Shown here piece by piece: positions 14,157-34,390 of a stretch of 64,000 nucleotides of DNA (position 1 is its first letter; each line of letters starts with the position of its first letter). This DNA comes from the human T2T-CHM13v2.0 reference genome, Homo sapiens. The notes under the pieces were generated by a model, which saw nothing but the letters and a program-made list of their open reading frames with translations, was not told where the DNA came from and made no database searches. A program made the position numbers and the translations under genes. The stretch lies in NCBI RefSeq assembly GCF_009914755.1, contig NC_060936.1; one strand, given 5' to 3'.

Positions 14157-14532
14157 TAACATACACACGGCCTGCAATTTACATCTTAACCATTTTGAAA
14201 TGTACAGTTTAGGGTGTTAAATACGTTCATAGTGTTGTGCACCCAGGAGCCTCTTTCTTATGCTTCTTGGTTATTTGTATTTCTTCTGGGCTGGTGGTAA
14301 CTCTGATCATTTCTGTATCCTTCGTCTCTTGGCAGAATTTGCACAAACCTCCTTGGCTGTCACTGAAAGCTGGCTCCATCCAGTAAGGAATACTGCTGTA
14401 CCACTGTAACATAACGAGTCTCCTGTGGGCCACATACCAACCCCTTGGCTCCACAGAAAGCAAAGATATCAGGTGTTTCATGCAGTGAACAATTACGTTT
14501 AATATTTTCTTCCCATTTATGTGGCCATAAAG

Positions 14533-14616
14533 ATGAGATACCTGTCCTGTCTGAAGAGGGAGAAGAGGAAGAAGAGACTTATTCTCAAAAAGTGGAGTCC
14601 GTGGATAAAGTGCGAG
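14533..14616 (+). CDS. DNAH10: DNAH10 exon 2
   Basis: aag|AT GAG..CGA G|gtgtgg; DEIPVLSEEGEEEEETYSQKVESVDKVR; 84 bp, phase 1-1. Confidence 0.88.
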
Positions 14617-14763
14617 GTGTGGAGTTGGGAGGGGTCATGGGAGGGTGGAACTGAGAAAGCCCCCCCGCAGCGGGAGTAGGGTGCTGCCTGCCGTGCCACA
14701 ATCAGTTGTACTTTCACTGGGTATGAACCACAAAGAGAAAGTGCTGGGTCATGAATAGACGGA

Positions 14764-15521
<758 letters not shown>

Positions 15522-15679
15522 TAGTATGTAACATACAAACACTCATGCAGGCGATGTCTCAGCCAGCTCAGCAAACACATGCTTTGTACTTTGTTTTGTA
15601 GGTGGGCTTCCCACTGTGCAAGCTACAGATGCCATTTTCTTAGGAGAATCTTCAAGGCACAGAACTTTTCATGTATTTA

Positions 15680-18190
<2,511 letters not shown>

Positions 18191-18522
18191 CTGTAATTCT
18201 TGTCTTTATGATAAACTCCCTTTTAAGTAAAAAACCTCAGAGAAGTCACACGGTCACAGGGTGGACACTGTACCTGAGAGAACGCAGACACAAACATGTA
18301 AAATTTCTGATGGACACCCTGTCAAAAACGAAACACAATTCTTGTCAATTACAATGTGAGTCAAGGCCACAATTTGATTGATTGGAACAGAAGGTATGCA
18401 CAGCTATTTGATAACTCGCCTTTTGAATGAAATGTACTGGTGCACAAAATGCAGGGCTGCTCTTGATGGTAGGAAACCTAATTTTCTGATTATTTTCTCT
18501 TAAACTGATTGCTGTTTTGCAG

Positions 18523-18620
18523 CTAAGCGTGTGTCACTGAGAACCGAATCTCTAGGCCAACCTCTAAACAGAGAGGATGAAGAAATGGACAAAGAGATTT
18601 CAGAAAAACTCCCTTCCAAA
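18523..18620 (+). CDS. DNAH10: DNAH10 exon 3
   Basis: cag|CT AAG..TCC AAA|gtaagc; AKRVSLRTESLGQPLNREDEEMDKEISEKLPSK. Confidence 0.92.
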
Positions 18621-18724
18621 GTAAGCATGGCTCTTTGTCCTTGTTGGTGGGGTAATGGGGACCCTTGATGCCCTCTAGGATTCAGGGTAACTGACATAGC
18701 CCCATCCAAGGGATTTATCATGTT

Positions 18725-19380
18725 GGAATGGAAATTATAGGATCCCAAGGCCACCCTCAGATTCAGTGATTGGCTGGAAGGACTCACAGGACCCAGAAAA
18801 TCTGTTATATTCATAGTTATAGTTTATTACAGGGAAAGGATGCAAATTAGACTCAGCAAAAAAAGGAAAAAACGTGCACAGGACAGAGACCAGCAGAAAA
18901 TAGGCACAAGCTTCCATCTGTTCCCTCCCAATGGAGTTTCATGGATAGCACTTAATTCTCCTGGTAGCTATGAGTGACAACATGCATGAAGTACTGCCAA
19001 CCAGAGAGGCTCACCTGAGCCTTGCTGTCTGGGGTTTTTAATGGGGATCAGTCACACAGGCATGGAGCATCCACGTGGCTGACCTTAGTTACTCAGCTCC
19101 CCTTCATCTCCAGCCCTCACCACCACCCTAGAGGTTGAACTGATCCTGTATGACTGGGGCCCCAGCAAACAAAAACAGGCATTCACCAAACTCGCATTGT
19201 TAGCATACACCTTCAGGCATGGCCCAAGGCTACAGGTACACAAAGACTCCCATATTAGGAAGGGTATTCCAAAAGCTTGGAAGTTGTCACCCTAAGAGCC
19301 GAAGGCCGGTTCTGAAGACGTTTGGCATGTGTGGGGTTTGGACAACACAGACCTGCTAAATGAACCCTGTTCTGTGAAAA
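18725..19380 (-). mobile_element. ERV LTR fragment (MER21/MER77-like)
   Basis: Minus strand aataaac...gagtccttccagccaatcactgaatctgaggg resembles these LTR ends. Confidence 0.5.
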
Positions 19381-19755
19381 CCCCAAGGTTGGAGTTTAAG
19401 GCTAGGATGTAAGCATTCAGCCTGGCCTATGCTTACCAAAATCGTGCTTCATTGCTTCATAAGTACGTCCCATCTGCAAAACAAAATTCAAGCTCCATCT
19501 GGACCTTTGCCAGGTCAGTTTGTTTAGGTGTTGCTGTACTGGTTGGTCAATAGAGGAGTCAGGCTGACAGCTCAGAGTCTGGGTGCATTTAGCTCCTGTG
19601 TTTGGCTGGTACCCACTGTGTGGCTGTGGCTACATTGTCAGAACATGAGACCAGCCATTGTGTTGAGAGGAGAGCTTAGGTGTACTTGAATATTAGGTTC
19701 TTTAGGTGAATGGATGTATCACAAGAATGAATGGTTTTTGTTCCCCATGTTTCAG

Positions 19756-19864
19756 AGAACTGCGAAGCACATCATGGAAAAGATGCATCTCCACATGCTC
19801 TGTACCCCTCTTCCCGAGGAGTTCCTGGACCAAAACGTGGTGTTTTTCCTCAGAAATACCAAAG
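19756..19864 (+). CDS. DNAH10: DNAH10 exon 4
   Basis: cag|AGA ACT..AAA G|gtacat; RTAKHIMEKMHLHMLCTPLPEEFLDQNVVFFLRNTK. Confidence 0.94.
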
Positions 19865-20394
19865 GTACATTTCTGGCACGTGTGTGTGTATGTGTGTTGA
19901 GGGGGTGTGGTTGTGCATGCACTTGTTCACTCTCATTCTGTTGTCTTTTTATGGTTATCTTTCACCTATGCCAAGCTCTCTTTCTTTTCCATACTGTACT
20001 GGGTTCTTACGTAGTCTTCTCAAAGCTAATTTCCAGTAAAGAAGTGTTAGAGATAAAGAAATGTATTCAGCCAGTGATAGTGCATGTCTGCACATATTTG
20101 GAGAAGGTGTGAAGACTGAAACTTGTGAAATAATGGCTTCAGTGGGCATATTTCTTGTGTCTCTTTTGTTTCCCAGTTAGATCAAGGGAAGAGTCCAAGT
20201 AACCTTTAAAATGTTTACCATGGTGATTGATTTTTGGTCAGGTAGAGCAAATACATATCAAATAAAACCTTGTTTGTTGGAAGGGTAGATATTACCAAGT
20301 AGGTCTTTTCAAACAACCCATGACTCAAAATATGCTTTGGCAATGAATTGAGGAAGACTTGCTGGGGAGTGAAGACAGGCAAAGCCCATGCCCA

Positions 20395-20745
20395 AGCCAG
20401 CTTGGATGGTTGTAACAAATTGCCATAGGCTGGGGGGCTTCACCAACAAACATCTATTTCTCACAGCTCTGGAGGCTGGGAAGTCCAAATCAAGGTGCTG
20501 GCAGATCTGGCATCTGGTGAGGGCCACTTCCTGGTTCACAGATGGCACCTTCTCCTATCCTCCCATGGTGGAGAGCAGAGAGAGAGAGAGCAAGCTCTCC
20601 TGTCTCTTCCTATAGGGACACCAATCCAATCGTGAGACTCCACCCTCATGACCTAATCACCTACCAAAGGCCCCACCTTCTAATACCTTCACCTTGGGGA
20701 TTTAAGCTTCAACATGTGGATTTTGGGGTCATTCAGTCCATAGCA
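20395..20745 (-). mobile_element. MLT1A-like LTR
   Basis: ggaggctgggaagtccaa.atcaagg...cattcagtccatagca terminus. Confidence 0.75.
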
Positions 20746-21070
20746 GCAAAGAATCCAGCCAACATTTCTAGACAACCCAAATAATTTCTGATTTTGTCCA
20801 GCGTTAGATACTCCAACCAGATCAGCAAATGTGTGCAGCTCTTGTGCACTGTTCATACTAATCCACGAACCACAGTGCATTGGTATCCATTTCAGCTTCT
20901 CATGGGCCCTCAGATTTGTTTAAACACAAATAGGGGATATTCTGAATCTGTAACCAGAACATTCCTTGTAGCAGCTTGGGAAGAAGGAGAAGATTCCTGT
21001 TCTCTTGGAAATGTTAACTGTTGGCTGCTCTCTCCCACTGACCTTACATTCTACACCTGTTCTTCTTTAG

Positions 21071-21186
21071 AGGCAATCTCTGAAGCTACCGACATGAAGG
21101 AAGCTATGGAAATTATGCCAGAAACACTGGAGTATGGAATTATAAACGCTAATGTGCTCCATTTTCTGAAGAATATTATATGTCAG
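21071..21186 (+). CDS. DNAH10: DNAH10 exon 5
   Basis: tag|AG GCA..TGT CAG|gtaaac; EAISEATDMKEAMEIMPETLEYGIINANVLHFLKNIICQ. Confidence 0.94.
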
Positions 21187-21306
21187 GTAAACATGGAGAA
21201 AGGAAGAAATTCTAGTATTTCTAAAGTTGAGGTCATGTGGTTTGTTTATTCCACAAATAGGCAGCGGGCAGCTCTTCTGTCTCAGGTGCTGTTATGGGCA
21301 CTGAGG

Positions 21307-21817
21307 TGCTGAGACCAGCTCGGTTGGGGAGACCCTAACCCAGCGGCGCTAGAGAAATTAAAGACACACACACAGAAATATAAAGGTGTGAAGTGGGAAA
21401 TCAGGTGTCTCACAGCCTTCAGAGCTGAGAGCCGCAAACAGAGATTTACCCACATATTTATTAACAGCAAACCAGTCATTAGCATTGTTTCTATAGATAT
21501 TAAATTAACTAAAAGTATCCCTTATGGGAAACGAAGGGATGGGCCGAATTAAAGAAATAGGTGGGCTAGTTAACTGCAGCAGGAGCATGTCCTTAAGGCA
21601 TAAATCGCTCATGCTATTGCCTGTGGCTTAAGAATGGCTTTCAGCGGTTTTCCACCCTGGGCGGGCCAGGTGTTCCTTGCCCTCATTCCCGTAAACCCAC
21701 AACCTTCCAGCTTGGGCGTTGGGGCCATTATGGACATGTTACCATGCTGCAGAGATTTTATTTATGGCCAGTTTTGGGGCCAGTTTGTGGCCAGATTTTG
21801 GGGTCTTGCTCCCAACA
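21307..21817 (-). mobile_element. MER9-type (HERV-K HML-3) solo LTR
   Basis: TG..CA termini, 511 bp, perfect 6-bp TSD CTGAGG (21301-21306 and 21818-21823); minus strand begins tgttgggagcaag. Confidence 0.85.
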
Positions 21818-22034
21818 CTGAGGGTCAAGCAGTGGACAGGACAGGCAATGGCCCTGCTCTCCAGGAGCTTATGTAGGGGAAAGACATGGCACACAAGCAC
21901 ATCTATGAGAAAATACCGACAAGTGGCATGAGGAAAATAAACCCTGATATGAGACAGAAATAGGCATGTGCACTGTGTGTGTGCAGAGGGCATGGTGAGG
22001 AATGGCCTTGCTGAGGATGTGATGTCTAAGCTTT

Positions 22035-22330
22035 CTTTTTTATTTTTATTGTTTTTCGAGACAGGGTCTCTCCGCCATCCAGTCTGGAGTGCAGTGGCCC
22101 AATCACGGCTCACTGCAGCCTCAACTCTCAAGTGATCCTTCTGCCTCAGCCTCCTGAGTGGCTGGGATTACAGGCATACACCACCATGCCTGGCTCATTT
22201 TTGTACTTATTGTAGAGACAGGGTCTCACCATGTTGCCTAGGCTGGTCTCCAACTCCTGGGCTCAAACAATCTGCCCGCCTTGTCCTCCCAAAGTGCTGT
22301 GATTACAGGCATGAGCCACCATGCTTGGCC
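22035..22330 (-). mobile_element. AluJ-like
   Basis: Reverse Alu. Confidence 0.85.
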
Positions 22331-22734
22331 TGAGCTTTATAGACCAAAAAAATGAAAAACTCATCAGCAGGCCTTTTTCATGAATGATAAGTTATTAGGG
22401 AAATGCACTAGGGAAGGAAGGAAGAGGTGATATTGAACTGAGACCCAAATGAGGCCAAGGCATCAGACATGATAGGATGTGGAGGAAGAGCATGCTGGGC
22501 AGAGAGAACAGCAGGTGCAAAGGCCCTGAGGTAGAAGCAGCCTCAGCTTGGCCCAGTAGCAGGAGGATGGCCACTGTGGCTGGAGGGAGGGCTGGAAATG
22601 AAGGCAGGTTTAAGCAGGGGAACAACAGGATCTGGTTTGCATTTTACCTCTGGCTATTGTGGGAAAACATATTGCTGGGGTGGAGGGGAAGGAAAGACCA
22701 AATAGAAAGCCATGGAAGAGCCCAGGTGGAGGGC

Positions 22735-23103
22735 TGTATTAGTCCATTTTCATGCTGCTGTAGGGAACTGCCCATAATTTATAAAGGAAAGAGGCTAAAT
22801 TGAGTCACAGTTCTGCATGGCTGTGGAGGCCTCAGGAAACTTAAAATCATGGTGGAAGGGGAAGCAAACACATCCTTCTTCATATGATGGCAGGAAGGAG
22901 AAGTGCTGAGCAAAGAGGGAAAAGCCGCTTATAAAACCATCAGATCTCATGAGAACTCACTCACTATCATGAGAACAGTGGCATGGGGGTAACCTCCCCC
23001 ATCATTCAATTACCTCCCACCAGGTCTCTCCCATGACACGTGGGGATTATGGGAACTACAATTAAAGATGAGATTTGGGTGGGGACACGGCCAAACCACA
23101 TCA
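22735..23103 (-). mobile_element. THE1 (MaLR) solo LTR inserted in an L2 remnant
   Basis: tgtattagtccatttt...ccaaaccacatca; 5-bp TSD agggc/agggt. Confidence 0.85.
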
Positions 23104-24551
23104 AGGGTGATGGTTATTTAGGCTCCAATCAGGGGAGGGAGGGAGAAGCAGACAGTGTGAGGAATGCCTTGAGGATCAGGCCATGGGACTTGCTAATGAC
23201 CGGGATCTGGAGGCTTTGAAGAGTATCACAAGAATAGAGAGTACCAAGAATGACTCTTGGTCCCAGCACTTTAGGAGGGTGAGGCGGGAGGATCGCTTGA
23301 GGCTAGGAGTTTGAGAACAGCCTGGGCGATATAGCAAGGCCCCATCTCTAAAAAAAAATTTAAAAAAGAATGACTCTTAGGATTTGGGCCTGAGAAACTG
23401 GGAGGATGGTGAAGTCATTACTGAGATGGAGGATGGGGAGAAACAGATATGGAGGGAAACTCAAGTGTTGTATTTTGCATTCTAGACGGGAAGGTTGCAG
23501 AGTATGGTGGTCATGCCACTGCACTACAGCCTGGGTGACAGAGAGATATTCCATCTCTAAAAAAAAAAAAAAGAAAAATAAATTAAGATAACATCAAAAC
23601 ATGATGTATAATGTTAAGCACAGGTGGCCTCTTAGACATTCAAATCAAGACGTGAAGCAGGATGTATGAATCTGGAGCTCTGCGGGGAACTCAGGGCATC
23701 CGTCTAGCAAATATTCATTGAGCACCTACTGTATTTCATAGCAATGAACAACTGAGACAAGGTCTCTGCCTCGTGGAGCTTTCATTCTAGACAGGAAGAT
23801 GTACATTAACCAAGATCAATGAGAAAATATATAGTGTGTTAGACAGCAACAAGAGTTAGGGAGAAAAATGAAGCCAGATAGGAAAGAAAAAGGAAACAAG
23901 GGGGAGAGGGAAAGTTGATAGGTGGAAAGGTGGGGCTTTTGCAATTTTAGATAGGGTGGCCAGGAAGACTTCACTGAGAAGATTTGGACAAAAAAGTCCA
24001 AACCAACACAATATCCTCTTTTGCTTGGACTATCGCAGGAGCCTCCAAAAAGATCCCTCAGTTTCTGTTCTTACCCTCTACGCTGCCTTCTCCACATGCC
24101 AACCAGAGTGATGCTTTAAAACATGGGCATCATCAGCACAGAGATGGTGTAAAACCAAGGGACTGGGTGGAACAACCAAGGGAGGGAGTAGAGATGGAAG
24201 AGATGAGGGGAGAGGAAAGTTAGGACGTGGGTGATCCAGAAGCCAAGAGAAGACAATGCTTCACTGAAGAAGGGAGGGGCCCGCCGTGCCACTTGCTGCT
24301 GGAAGTCAAGAAGGCATAGGCAAAGAAGAGCTGGAGGGCTTGGCCCTGGGTGACTTCCATGTGAGCAGTTCTGGGGATGGGAGCAGACGAGGTCTCACGG
24401 AGTACAAGTCACCCTGTGAGTTAGGCCATGGGGCCCTCCCCACTGAGCTGCCCGCACACAAGGGACTTTCTACCTGAAGACACCCTCCTTCATCGGGATG
24501 ATGTCTTTTTCTAGTGTGACTTTGGAGGACTCAAGAACATTGGCTACCTTC

Positions 24552-26258
<1,707 letters not shown>

Positions 26259-27089
26259 TTTCAAATCCATGAATTTATAATGATCTTTAAAAGTCCTGAT
26301 GGGTCATTTCTGGAGGATGATAGGGGACCACTGTACTATTTCAAAAATTGGGCAAATAAAGAGGAGTCAAGCATTTATGTTGCCTTCCCCATATGAAATG
26401 TACGGGATCATCTAGCAGTAGCTGTGAGAGGCGTCTTTATATCAGCATCTCAGCTAATAAACAGACATTTTAGAACATTTCAATTTTGGAACCCCCACTT
26501 GATTAATGGACCTGGGGGTGGGGGAGAGAGAGAGAGAGAGAGAGAAACAAAACCAAAACCAAGAATTTGATTCCTGATGGAAGATACACCCTGGTCAAGT
26601 CTCTGGTCCCAGCTGCCAATTTGCAGGAAATACACATCACAGAGGAACTTCAGCTGCACAGTGAGTGTGTAGTCAGCAAAATTTGGATTGGGCACCTCTA
26701 CAAATCCAACATTCTGGGTTCTTCAGTATGTTGCAGGAAATACATATAGATTCAAAGAGTCATAAAAAGATGTATCAAAATTTTAAGAAATATAGACAAA
26801 ACTAAAAAACAAAAACAAAACTCAGCCAACCAACCAACCAACTTAATCAACCCACAGGCATTTATAGATCACTTTTTATGTGGGCTGGGGGCTAAGTTGT
26901 TTCGTAATTGTATTCAGGTGACTTCATAAATGCATGCTTCTCTCTCTAGCTACATTTTGAAGAAACTATGTCCTCAAGAACTTAATTTTCAAGAACAAGA
27001 TGGTCCTGAGCTGATGGTTTAACACACAGTTTCTTACCTCCCTGTGCCAGTTTCCCCTCCCTCCCTCCCTCCTTTCTCTCTCTCTCTCT

Positions 27090-27885
27090 CTCTCTCTTTC
27101 TTTCTGAGACAGGGTCTTGCTCTATCGCCCAGGTTGGAGTGCAGTGGTGCGATCTCGGCTCCCTGCAACCGCCGCCTCCTGGTTCAAGCAATTCTCATGC
27201 CTCAGCCTCCCGAGTAGCTTGGACCACAGGTGTGCACCACCACACCCAGCTGATTTTTGTATTTTTAGTAGAGATGGGGTTTCACCATGTTGGCCAGGCT
27301 GGTCTCGAACTCCTGACCTCAAGTGATCCACCAGCCTCGGCCTCCCAAAGTGCTGGGATTACAGGCATGAGCCACCGCAGCCAGCTCCCTGTGCCACAGT
27401 TTGTAACTTCTCAGTTACTGGTGGTACACAGAAATAACAGCACTGTTTTTGGGGCAGTTGTGTCAGGCCTGGTTAAAATTGATGCCCTTGGATCACTTTA
27501 AGTCAAATGTAATCTCTCTGTCTTTAGGTCTGTGCTCCGGTTTGAGTGGTTTTCACTTTGCATATTTGTATCTCAATATAAAAGAATATTCAGGCTGGGT
27601 GCAGTGGCTCACGCCTGTAATCCCAGCACTTTGGGAGGCCGGGGGTGGATCATGAGGTCAGGAGATCGAGACTAGCCTGGCCAACATGGTGAATCCCCAT
27701 CTCTACTAAAAATACAAAAATTAGCTGGGTGTGCTGGTGTGTGCCTGTAATCCCAGCCACTTGGGAGGCTGAGGCAGGAGAATCGCTTGCACTGGTGAGG
27801 TGGAGGTTGCAGTGAGCCAAGTGCACAGCACTCCAGCCTGGTGACAGAGTGAGACTCTGTCTCAAAAAAAAAAAAAAAAAAAAAA
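27090..27885. mobile_element. Divergent Alu pair (27090-27384-, 27593-27885+)
   Basis: Alu motifs; TSD aaagaatattca for the second. Confidence 0.88.
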
Positions 27886-28002
27886 GAATATTCAAAACCA
27901 GAGGCAATTTGAATAAAGAATATTCAAAACCAGAGGCAATTTGAATACATGAATTATTGAAAATGACTTCATATGATGTATTTCATAAAATTGGCATTTC
28001 AG

Positions 28003-28222
28003 GTTTTTTTGCCAGCATTGTCCTTCAATCAGCACAGGACGAGTACAACCGTGGGAGTCACACCTGGAGAAGTCTCTAATTCCTCTGAGCATGAATCAGA
28101 CCTGCCGCCCATGCCTGGGGAGGCAGTAGAATATCACAGTATTCAATTAATACGGGATGAATTTTTAATGAACGTGCAGAAATTTGCAAGTAATATTCAA
28201 AGAACCATGCAGCAACTTGAAG
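28003..28222 (+). CDS. DNAH10: DNAH10 exon 6
   Basis: cag|GTT TTT..GAA G|gtaagg; VFLPALSFNQHR...QRTMQQLE. Confidence 0.95.
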
Positions 28223-28263
28223 GTAAGGTTTCATTTTCCTCCTTTTTAGTTAAGAATGATTAA

Positions 28264-29639
<1,376 letters not shown>

Positions 29640-30034
29640 TGTTCTCCTTTTCTTTACATTATTTCAATTTCCCCTGATGTCATTTTTCCCCTGATTTATC
29701 TTTGACTGACTGTTTCAGGCTGGTGGTTATCTAAAATGTCTGCTGGCTCTTTGTTCAAGTTTTTAAAAATTGAAGTCACTAGGTTATAAACTCAGGAACA
29801 TCTTAAATAACTAAATCATTTTGATCAAGCTTAACACCGGAACAATTATCTAAAATGTTTGAATTACATTCTAATGAAAGAGAATGAGATACAGATATTA
29901 TCAGGACAGGGGATGCGTCAGACCTTATTATACTGATGAAGCTTGAGAGACGACCCAGCCGGTGAACTTGAATGTTTCTCTTTGTAATCATTTTTCCTGA
30001 ACGAATGACTGACTGATCGCTTTTATTTTCCTAG

Positions 30035-30192
30035 GTGAGATCAAGTTAGAAATGCCAATCATCAGTGTGGAGGGAGAGGTGTCCGACCTGGCAGCTGACC
30101 CGGAAACCGTTGACATCTTGGAGCAGTGTGTGATAAACTGGCTGAATCAGATATCCACAGCGGTTGAGGCCCAACTGAAGAAGACACCTCAG
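30035..30192 (+). CDS. DNAH10: DNAH10 exon 7
   Basis: tag|GT GAG..CCT CAG|gtagtt; GEIKLEMPIISVEG...EQCVINWLNQISTAVEAQLKKTPQ. Confidence 0.95.
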
Positions 30193-30874
30193 GTAGTTTG
30201 TGCAGGGCTTTCAGAGAGCCCCGATCCAGGTCATGCTTACCATGCTGGGAAAGAGCCCGGAGTCTGGGGTCTGCATCATCTGGCATCTTTTCTTACTGTT
30301 TTATGACTTCCTTAAGCCATCAAAATAAACACACCCAAAATATCATTTCTGGGCTTTCTGATGTTAATGTGCTACCAGGTTACTGCCTGGATTGATAAAG
30401 ATAACACTTTGGATCAGTCAGGAAGCTTGGGCTGCCAAAAACAGGAAACCCAACTCAAGTCGATCAACTAAGAAAGCAAATTCCTTGGCTCACATAATGG
30501 AAAAGTCCAGAGGCAGGGTTGGCTTCAGGTCCAGTCTGATCAGGGCTCTGGCTATATTTCTGAATCTCTCAGTTCTAGACCCCTTTCTAGGGGCTGGAGA
30601 GCTTCATTCCTCAGGCTGGCTTCCTTGCAGCAGTTTCTGGCCTCACATTCTGTACACCTCAATTGTCCGGAGAAAGGCAGAGTGTGTTTCTAGCATTCTC
30701 AGCTGGAGCCCTGAGATTCACTATGATTGGACCACCCAGGGTCAAGAGCCCACCCCTGAAGACCCTGAAGGATTGGAGCAGTTGGACAGAAAGAACGGAT
30801 GCTGGAGAAACCACCATAAGTGTCTGCTCCACCCTAATGATGAGAGTTCTTTGTGTGTTCATTTCACCTCTCAG

Positions 30875-31105
30875 GGTAAAGGCCCTCTGGCTGAAATTGA
30901 ATTCTGGAGGGAAAGAAATGCAACCTTAAGTGCGCTGCATGAACAAACAAAGCTTCCAATAGTCAGAAAAGTCTTGGATGTGATCAAGGAATCCGACTCC
31001 ATGCTTGTGGCTAATCTGCAGCCAGTGTTCACCGAGTTATTCAAGTTCCACACGGAGGCCTCAGACAATGTGCGCTTTCTCTCCACCGTGGAGCGTTATT
31101 TCAAG
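30875..31105 (+). CDS. DNAH10: DNAH10 exon 8 (dynein heavy chain N-terminal region 1)
   Basis: GKGPLAEIEFWRERNATLSALHEQ...EASDNVRFLSTVERYFK, typical DHC_N1 motifs; cag|...|gtatgc. Confidence 0.96.
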
Positions 31106-31191
31106 GTATGCTGGGTGTGCTGCACTTTGCAGTCAGCTCTGTCAAAGAGATTTCATATGATTTAATTTCCCTTTTAAAAATGTTCAGCATT

Positions 31192-32581
<1,390 letters not shown>

Positions 32582-32672
32582 GAGTGAAACTTCTTGCATG
32601 CTTACTGTTTTATGAAACTATTTGGACCCCAAGGCTAAGGGCTCTTGCGTGGCTCTCTCCTCTCTTGGTCAG

Positions 32673-32863
32673 AACATAACGCACGGGTCTGGCTTCCACG
32701 TGGTCCTGGACACCATCCCCGCCATGATGAGTGCCCTGCGGATGGTGTGGATCATCTCCCGACACTACAACAAAGACGAGAGGATGATTCCGCTCATGGA
32801 GCGCATCGCCTGGGAAATCGCTGAGAGAGTCTGCCGAGTGGTCAACCTGCGGACTTTGTTCAA
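32673..32863 (+). CDS. DNAH10: DNAH10 exon 9
   Basis: NITHGSGFHVVLDTIPAMMSALRMVWIISRHYNKDERM...LRTLF; cag|...AA|gtaaga. Confidence 0.96.
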
Positions 32864-32996
32864 GTAAGAAGCCATGGCGTTCATTTTTTTGTTTTGTTTT
32901 GTTTCACTTTTTACTTTTTAGATCTTAAACAGCTCTATTGAGCTATAATTCACATATAATTCTCTTACTTAAAATGTACAATTCACTGGCTCTTAT

Positions 32997-33256
32997 GGCT
33001 GGGCACAGTGGTGCACACCTGTAATCCCAGCACTTTGGGAGGCCGAGGTGGCGGATTGCTTGAGGCCAGAAGTTCGAGACCAGCCTGGCCAACATGGTGA
33101 AACCCCATGCGTGGTGGGCTGTAATCCCAGCTTCATGGAAGTCTGAAGCATGAGAATTGCTTGAACCTGGGAGGCGGAGGTTGCAGTGAGTGGAGATCAC
33201 ACCATTACATTCCAACCTGGGCGACACAGCGAGATTCTGTCTCAAAAAAAAAAAAA
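32997..33256 (+). mobile_element. Alu with internal deletion, inserted in L1 fragment
   Basis: Alu motifs. Confidence 0.8.
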
Positions 33257-33593
33257 GTACAATTCATTTTTTTTTTTTTTAGTATATTCACAGAATTGTG
33301 CAGCCGTAACCACTATCAGTGTTAGAACATGTTCTTCATCCCTCAAAAGAAAACGTGTGCCTTTTAGCAGTCAGTCCTCGCCTCTCCCCAATTGCCCAAG
33401 TCCTGGGAACCATACAGCGTGCTGTCTTTTGCATATAAATGGAATCAGACACTATGTGACTTTTATCACTGACTTCTTTCACTTAGCAGCATGTTTTCAA
33501 GGTTCATCCACATCGTAGTATGGATCAGTGCTTCATTCCTTTTTATGGCTAAATCATATTCCATTGTATGGAGATATATTTTGTTTCAGATAC

Positions 33594-33661
33594 ATATATG
33601 TGTGTGTGTGTGTGTGTGTTTATGTATATATAAACACACACACACACACACACACATATAT
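33594..33661. repeat. (TG)10...(CA)11 inverted repeat
   Basis: Arms are reverse complements around a ~6-nt loop. Confidence 0.9.
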
Positions 33662-33794
33662 CTACATGAAATTTTGTTTTAACTGCAATGTTCTTCCCCA
33701 GTTGTACCTGGAGAGACTGAGGCTGAGGTGGAACCACCTTTGAGGGTGTAGGGAGATGATGGAGGATGCTAAGGGAGACAGATAACTTTTTTCA

Positions 33795-34066
<272 letters not shown>

Positions 34067-34390
34067 GTCTATATCTGTATCTATATCATCATCTAGCGAT
34101 CTATCTAGATAGACAGATCTATCTGGATATCTATGTAGATCTATCTATATGTATCTAGATAGATATCTATATTTATCCATATCTATACATAGGTATCTAT
34201 GTCTATATCCATCTATACAGATAGGTATCTATGTCTATCTATGTATATGTATTTATATAGATAGCATATAAATGGAATCAGACACTATATGACTTTTTGT
34301 TATCTATAGATAGATATCTATATCTATATGTATCCATATCTATTTATATACATCTCTCTCTCTCTCTCTATCTACCTGCATAGCTAGATC
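34067..34390. repeat. Mixed (TCTA)/(TAGA)/(TA) low-complexity array
   Basis: Seen directly. Confidence 0.85.

Noticed and set aside
30392-31165. 257-aa ORF as a long exon or separate gene
   Set aside because: Only 30875-31105 is dynein-like and bounded by splice sites; the upstream part is chance-open intron, probably an old LTR
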